This document shows, in pieces, positions 60,230-64,000 of a stretch of 64,000 nt of DNA. The notes under the pieces are model-generated. The model saw only the letters and a list, made by a program, of their open reading frames with translations, was not told where the DNA came from and did not search any database. The translations under genes and the position numbers were made by a program. The stretch comes from a virus (Duplodnaviria; Caudoviricetes): positions 1 to 64,000 of IMG/VR virus record IMGVR_UViG_3300010362_000015. One strand, given 5' to 3'. Each line of letters opens with the position of its first letter. Position 1 is the stretch's first letter.

Positions 60230-60588
60230 CAGAAGGTCCCGGCTATGTGCGGCACAGCCAACAGGAACCGCGGCGACTCGGCGGCCAGCAGCTCGTCGAT
60301 AGCCTCGCGCAGGATGGTGGCGGCCTTGCCGCCCTGCTCCTCGGCCATCATGGCGGCGATGTCGAGCGCGCGCTGGCGGGCGTCGTTGGCTGCGGCCATG
60401 TTGCCCCGCAGGGCTGCATCCTCGATCTTCAGCTCTTCGAGCGGATCGTCGGCCTCGACGCCCGAGACGAAGCTCCACAGCGCGTTGTCGCGGTACATCA
60501 TCCAGATGCGCAAGGTCGAGACGAGCGCGGCCTTGGGCGTGATGATCGTCTTGGCCCTGGCCGTCGCCACTACGCTCGGCTGCGTCAT
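60229..60588 (-). CDS. Hypothetical protein between gpW and portal
   Basis: TGATG coupling to the portal gene. Confidence 0.65.
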   Translation of the reverse strand: MTQPSVVATARAKTIITPKAALVSTLRIWMMYRDNALWSFVSGVEADDPLEELKIEDAALRGNMAAANDARQRALDIAAMMAEEQGGKAATILREAIDELLAAESPRFLLAVPHIAGTF

Positions 60589-60591
60589 CGC

Positions 60592-60813
60592 CTAGAGCCC
60601 CTTGGTGGTGTAGACGCGCAGCGTGCGATGCGCTCCGTTGGGGTTCTGCAGCAGATACGCGAATTGATAGGCCGCTATGCGGTCCTTGAGCGTCACATAA
60701 GTTACATCGCGATCCTGGAAGTGGACGCGCGCGACGCCGCCCGAGATCGAATCCTGGAGCGCAGCCAGCTGCAACTCAGCCGCGGTCGGAAGCGGATTGC
60801 CGGGTATGGCCAT
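60592..60813 (-). CDS. gpW-like head completion protein
   Basis: L.AL...I.SGV..V.F.DR.VTY..L..R, upstream of the portal gene. Confidence 0.85.
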   Translation of the reverse strand: MAIPGNPLPTAAELQLAALQDSISGGVARVHFQDRDVTYVTLKDRIAAYQFAYLLQNPNGAHRTLRVYTTKGL

Positions 60814-60845
60814 ATGCTCTCCTCCTGGCGCCTATTATGGCGCGT

Positions 60846-61136
60846 TCAGATTAACTTGTTGATCACAGCCTCGACGGCCCCCTGCAGGGCTGCGTCGGTG
60901 ATGCTGGCCCCTCCTCCGTTCTGGACAGCGGGGTCCATGACCACCGGCGGCTGCAGCTGCAGCGCAACAGCGTCGGGCTGCTGATACATGGTTTGCGCCC
61001 AGCGCATGCGCGCGTTGTGGGCGGTGACGGTCGGCTCTTCATTCATGATCGAGGTCGCAAATTGCATGGCGCTGACCTTGATGCGACCGCGGAAAGGGAC
61101 GTCGGTCATTAAGCTAGCGGATTCTTCGTAAGTCAT
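60846..61136 (-). CDS. Small protein following the fibre-like gene
   Basis: D..FRGRIKV..H..R..WA..TDA.LQ.AVE pattern; possible fibre chaperone. Confidence 0.65.
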   Translation of the reverse strand: MTYEESASLMTDVPFRGRIKVSAMQFATSIMNEEPTVTAHNARMRWAQTMYQQPDAVALQLQPPVVMDPAVQNGGGASITDAALQGAVEAVINKLI

Positions 61137-61140
61137 AAAA

Positions 61141-64000
61141 TTATTTCCATTCGGCCCAAGTAACGATATTCATACTGGTCGCATTGACCTTGTAGTAATA
61201 GTTCGGCAGCACGATAAATGTCACCGTGCGATACGCTGTCGTCTCTGCATACGTGCTCGTTTGAAGATTCGCTACCAACGTCGTCGGACTGGAAGAGGCG
61301 TCACAGTACCCGAAGAGGGCTTGCGAGCCGCTGCTAGTGGAGCCCTGCGCCACCACACTGACGAATATTGGCGTAGTGCCCGTGTTTTGATAAACCGTGT
61401 TGAATACGCGGCTGGCGCTAGTGTATGTCGCGAATGTGGTCGGCCCGCCGCTCGAAATTGCAACTCCGTTGATGCGGTAGACGCCTGAGATATTGCAATC
61501 GCCGGTCACATTCAACGCATAGTTGCCCGTGGTGTTGCCGATGCAAATGGCTCCACCCAGCGGATTCAGGCATAGTGCAAATAGAGTCCCTGCGCCGCTT
61601 ATGTATTGCCCCTGTATCCAACCTTTACCCGTCCCGTCCACGCCCATCAGCATTCCATAGGTACGGTCGCTGTTACTCACCAACATTGACGCGTTCGTAG
61701 CTGCGCCCGCAGTCGGAAAGCCGAACGCCGATCCGACCACATGAAGGCTGGTCGCCGGATTCGTTGTCCCGATACCGCAATTGCCGTTTTTATCGATCAC
61801 CCACCGTATCGGAAAGCCGCTTGCCACTAGATCCCGCAACTGAAAGCTCTTGGAAGCGCCGCCATCAGTGTCAATGCCGAGATCGTAGGTATAGGACGAG
61901 GTCCGATCCGCAACGAACTCCACCACAGCACGGCCATCTGCGGTGCTTCTATTCCAGATCCGCATTCCGGCTTGAGAGCCGAGATCCTTGTTGACATCGA
62001 GAGCGTAGGTTGGGGCCGCGCCGACGCCCACATTGCCGCCGAACGTGGCGTTGCCCGTCGAACGCGTAAACGTCAGCGCCGCGCCTAGTGAGCTTCCCGC
62101 GTCGTTGTAGCGAAGCAGCATCAAGTTGCTGCCGACGTTGGAGCCGGTTTCAGACGTGGCGTCCGTCAACCACACCCATCGGTTTGATCCATTGATCGAA
62201 AAGGCCAGTGAGCCCCAAGATGCCGTAGACGGTGCATCTGTTCTGATACCACCTGACGAGGAGGTGATCGCACCGGCAACAGCGAGATTGCCGCTCATCG
62301 TGACATTACCGGTAGAACGGGTAATGCTCAGCGGCGTGCTCAAATATACCTGCGTGTCGCTATAGCGGTTGATGTTGAAATCGGAGCCAGCATTGCTTCC
62401 AGATTCAGCACCACTGTTTTTGCCCACTGCCCAACGTACTTGGCTACCACTCGTTCTGTAATAAACATAAGATCCGCCGCCCGCAGTATCAAGAATGTTA
62501 ACGTCGTTCCCCGCTGTGAGGTTTGCATTTGACACAAGCGTCCCGGTGAACGTGGAGGCAGTTGAAGTGACCGTAAAAGACGGTAGCGTCACTGCACTAG
62601 GTCCAGAGATGGTTAGCGCCGCAGCCGCCGAACCTGTTGAATTGCCGCTCTGGATGTAATTCATACCGGGGGCGGCTATGATTCCAATTAATCCGTTCGC
62701 CGTTTGGACATATATCGTCGCGCCCACCGTTATTATGCCGGTTGCTCTAGCGATACTCAGCGCACTACCTAGAAACGCGCCAGCATCACTATACCGGCTG
62801 ATTTGCAGATCGGAGCCCGCGTTGGAGCCCGACTCCGCGCCACCCCTGAGTATGTTCCAGCGGGCCCCTGTCGTGTACCACGTGATCCCGTCAGCATCCA
62901 CATTTACGTTCTTGCCGGTGGCGTATAGGCCAACTGCGCCCAGCACGTTCACGGGACCGCCAAAGTAGGACAGAGCGTTACCGGCGTGATACATGGTGTA
63001 GCTGTTTGCCGCTGACGCTTGGTTGGTGTAGATGGCATAGTTACCGGAAGTGCCCGCCGTCTGCGGATCAATCACTAGTCCGAAAACAGTGGATATCTTC
63101 GTGCCAAAAGAGGAGTTCACAGTGCGCGCCCAGAAGGATCGCCAACTGGAGATCGTCGAGGTAGCACCACCGCCATACGCCCCAGCCTGCACCAGAAAGC
63201 CGGTCACATTGCTGACTGCTCCGCTGGCATTGTTCCAGAAATACGGGTTGGTCTGGAACCCAGTCATGTAACTGATCGCGCCCGAACCTTGCATATAGGG
63301 CCGATTCTCAGAAACACAGAAATCAGGGCACGTAGTAGTGCCCTGCATGATGACTAGGTTGAGGGTGCCGAAACAACTGCTGGTGACCGTACAGTTGTTG
63401 AAGTCGTGCTCGGTGTAGTTCCCTATCGGAACCGAACCAGAGGCCCCCGTAACGACCGATGTCGTATCGAAATTGAAGGGCAAGGCGTCCGTAAAGCTTG
63501 AAATCGTACGCTGGACAGAGAGCCTACCGTAAAAAAGAGCCCGGCCATCAGAACGCGAAATACCAAAATTGAGGCCTAGATTGGCCCCGGCATCGCTGTA
63601 GCGATATAGAGCAAAATCCGAACCGGCATTGGAGCCGCTTTCGGCTGAGTTATTCTTTCCTATTCCCCAGCGTGAAACATTACCGCTCGATCTCAGGAAC
63701 AGATAGGAGCCGCCGCCAGCCGTATCCACAACACTGACATTGTCGCCAGTGGTAGTTGCGCCGGTGACCGTCAATGTTGAGACGTTGCTTAATGAGAATC
63801 CGCCACCATTCACATTCTGTAGCCATGGCGTCTGCGCCCATCCCCGGATATCCACGCCGTTGATGCGATAGACAGAGCCGCTAGAGAGGTTACAATCGCC
63901 TGAGACGTCTAACTGATAATTCGGCTGCGCCGAACTGCCGATTCGCATGAAATGGTTGGAGCCATTGATTAAGACCAGCCCAGTGCCGCTGGTATTGTCG
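61141..64000 (-). CDS. Second fibre-like protein, 5' end beyond the window
   Basis: The frame is open to the window edge; four RW..AESGSNAGSD..RYSD repeats; C-terminal NTVYQNT..PIFVSV..FIV.PN..YKV tip domain; lower GC. Confidence 0.85.
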   Translation of the reverse strand, partial: DNTSGTGLVLINGSNHFMRIGSSAQPNYQLDVSGDCNLSSGSVYRINGVDIRGWAQTPWLQNVNGGGFSLSNVSTLTVTGATTTGDNVSVVDTAGGGSYLFLRSSGNVSRWGIGKNNSAESGSNAGSDFALYRYSDAGANLGLNFGISRSDGRALFYGRLSVQRTISSFTDALPFNFDTTSVVTGASGSVPIGNYTEHDFNNCTVTSSCFGTLNLVIMQGTTTCPDFCVSENRPYMQGSGAISYMTGFQTNPYFWNNASGAVSNVTGFLVQAGAYGGGATSTISSWRSFWARTVNSSFGTKISTVFGLVIDPQTAGTSGNYAIYTNQASAANSYTMYHAGNALSYFGGPVNVLGAVGLYATGKNVNVDADGITWYTTGARWNILRGGAESGSNAGSDLQISRYSDAGAFLGSALSIARATGIITVGATIYVQTANGLIGIIAAPGMNYIQSGNSTGSAAAALTISGPSAVTLPSFTVTSTASTFTGTLVSNANLTAGNDVNILDTAGGGSYVYYRTSGSQVRWAVGKNSGAESGSNAGSDFNINRYSDTQVYLSTPLSITRSTGNVTMSGNLAVAGAITSSSGGIRTDAPSTASWGSLAFSINGSNRWVWLTDATSETGSNVGSNLMLLRYNDAGSSLGAALTFTRSTGNATFGGNVGVGAAPTYALDVNKDLGSQAGMRIWNRSTADGRAVVEFVADRTSSYTYDLGIDTDGGASKSFQLRDLVASGFPIRWVIDKNGNCGIGTTNPATSLHVVGSAFGFPTAGAATNASMLVSNSDRTYGMLMGVDGTGKGWIQGQYISGAGTLFALCLNPLGGAICIGNTTGNYALNVTGDCNISGVYRINGVAISSGGPTTFATYTSASRVFNTVYQNTGTTPIFVSVVAQGSTSSGSQALFGYCDASSSPTTLVANLQTSTYAETTAYRTVTFIVLPNYYYKVNATSMNIVTWAEWK

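Noticed and set aside
1-64000. tRNA, rRNA, IS elements or host chromosomal genes
   Set aside because: No cloverleaf or T-loop signature, transposase or housekeeping gene was recognised by eye; a tRNAscan/Infernal run would be needed to exclude RNAs fully.

Overview
The whole window is phage DNA: about 64 kb from one end of a large, high-GC, lambda-like siphophage that is probably temperate. Almost all genes are on the minus strand. Read in the coding direction (64000 to 1), it holds: a fibre-like gene cut by the window edge; gpW; lambda-type portal; S49 protease/scaffold; capsid cement and major capsid protein; Ig-like decoration proteins; head-tail and tail genes with a -1 frameshift chaperone; tape measure; tail tip; a 1525-aa tail fibre; a lone plus-strand AraC regulator; an early operon (RHH repressor candidate, YqaJ exonuclease and annealing protein, DUF3102, large serine recombinase, VRR-NUC, HTH replication initiator with iterons, many small ORFs); an array of small gene cassettes; membrane/OMP genes; a GP88-family gene; and a lambda-like cosQ/cosN at base 1. 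The most striking unexplained structure is a promoter module repeated 16 times: TTTCACCCC, usually N7, TTGAC-like -35, a GATGCATGCATC palindrome in the spacer, -10, then 6-7 nt to an ATG. It appears to supply a leaderless start to the downstream gene and a stop codon to the upstream gene, and it has also entered the tail module. A second feature is the terminal 1.8 kb, predicted to be ejected first, which is nearly free of GATC/TCGA/CCGG/CCWGG and carries only the GP88 gene. Family names come from recognising sequence motifs by eye; no database search was run. Motif counts are hand counts.
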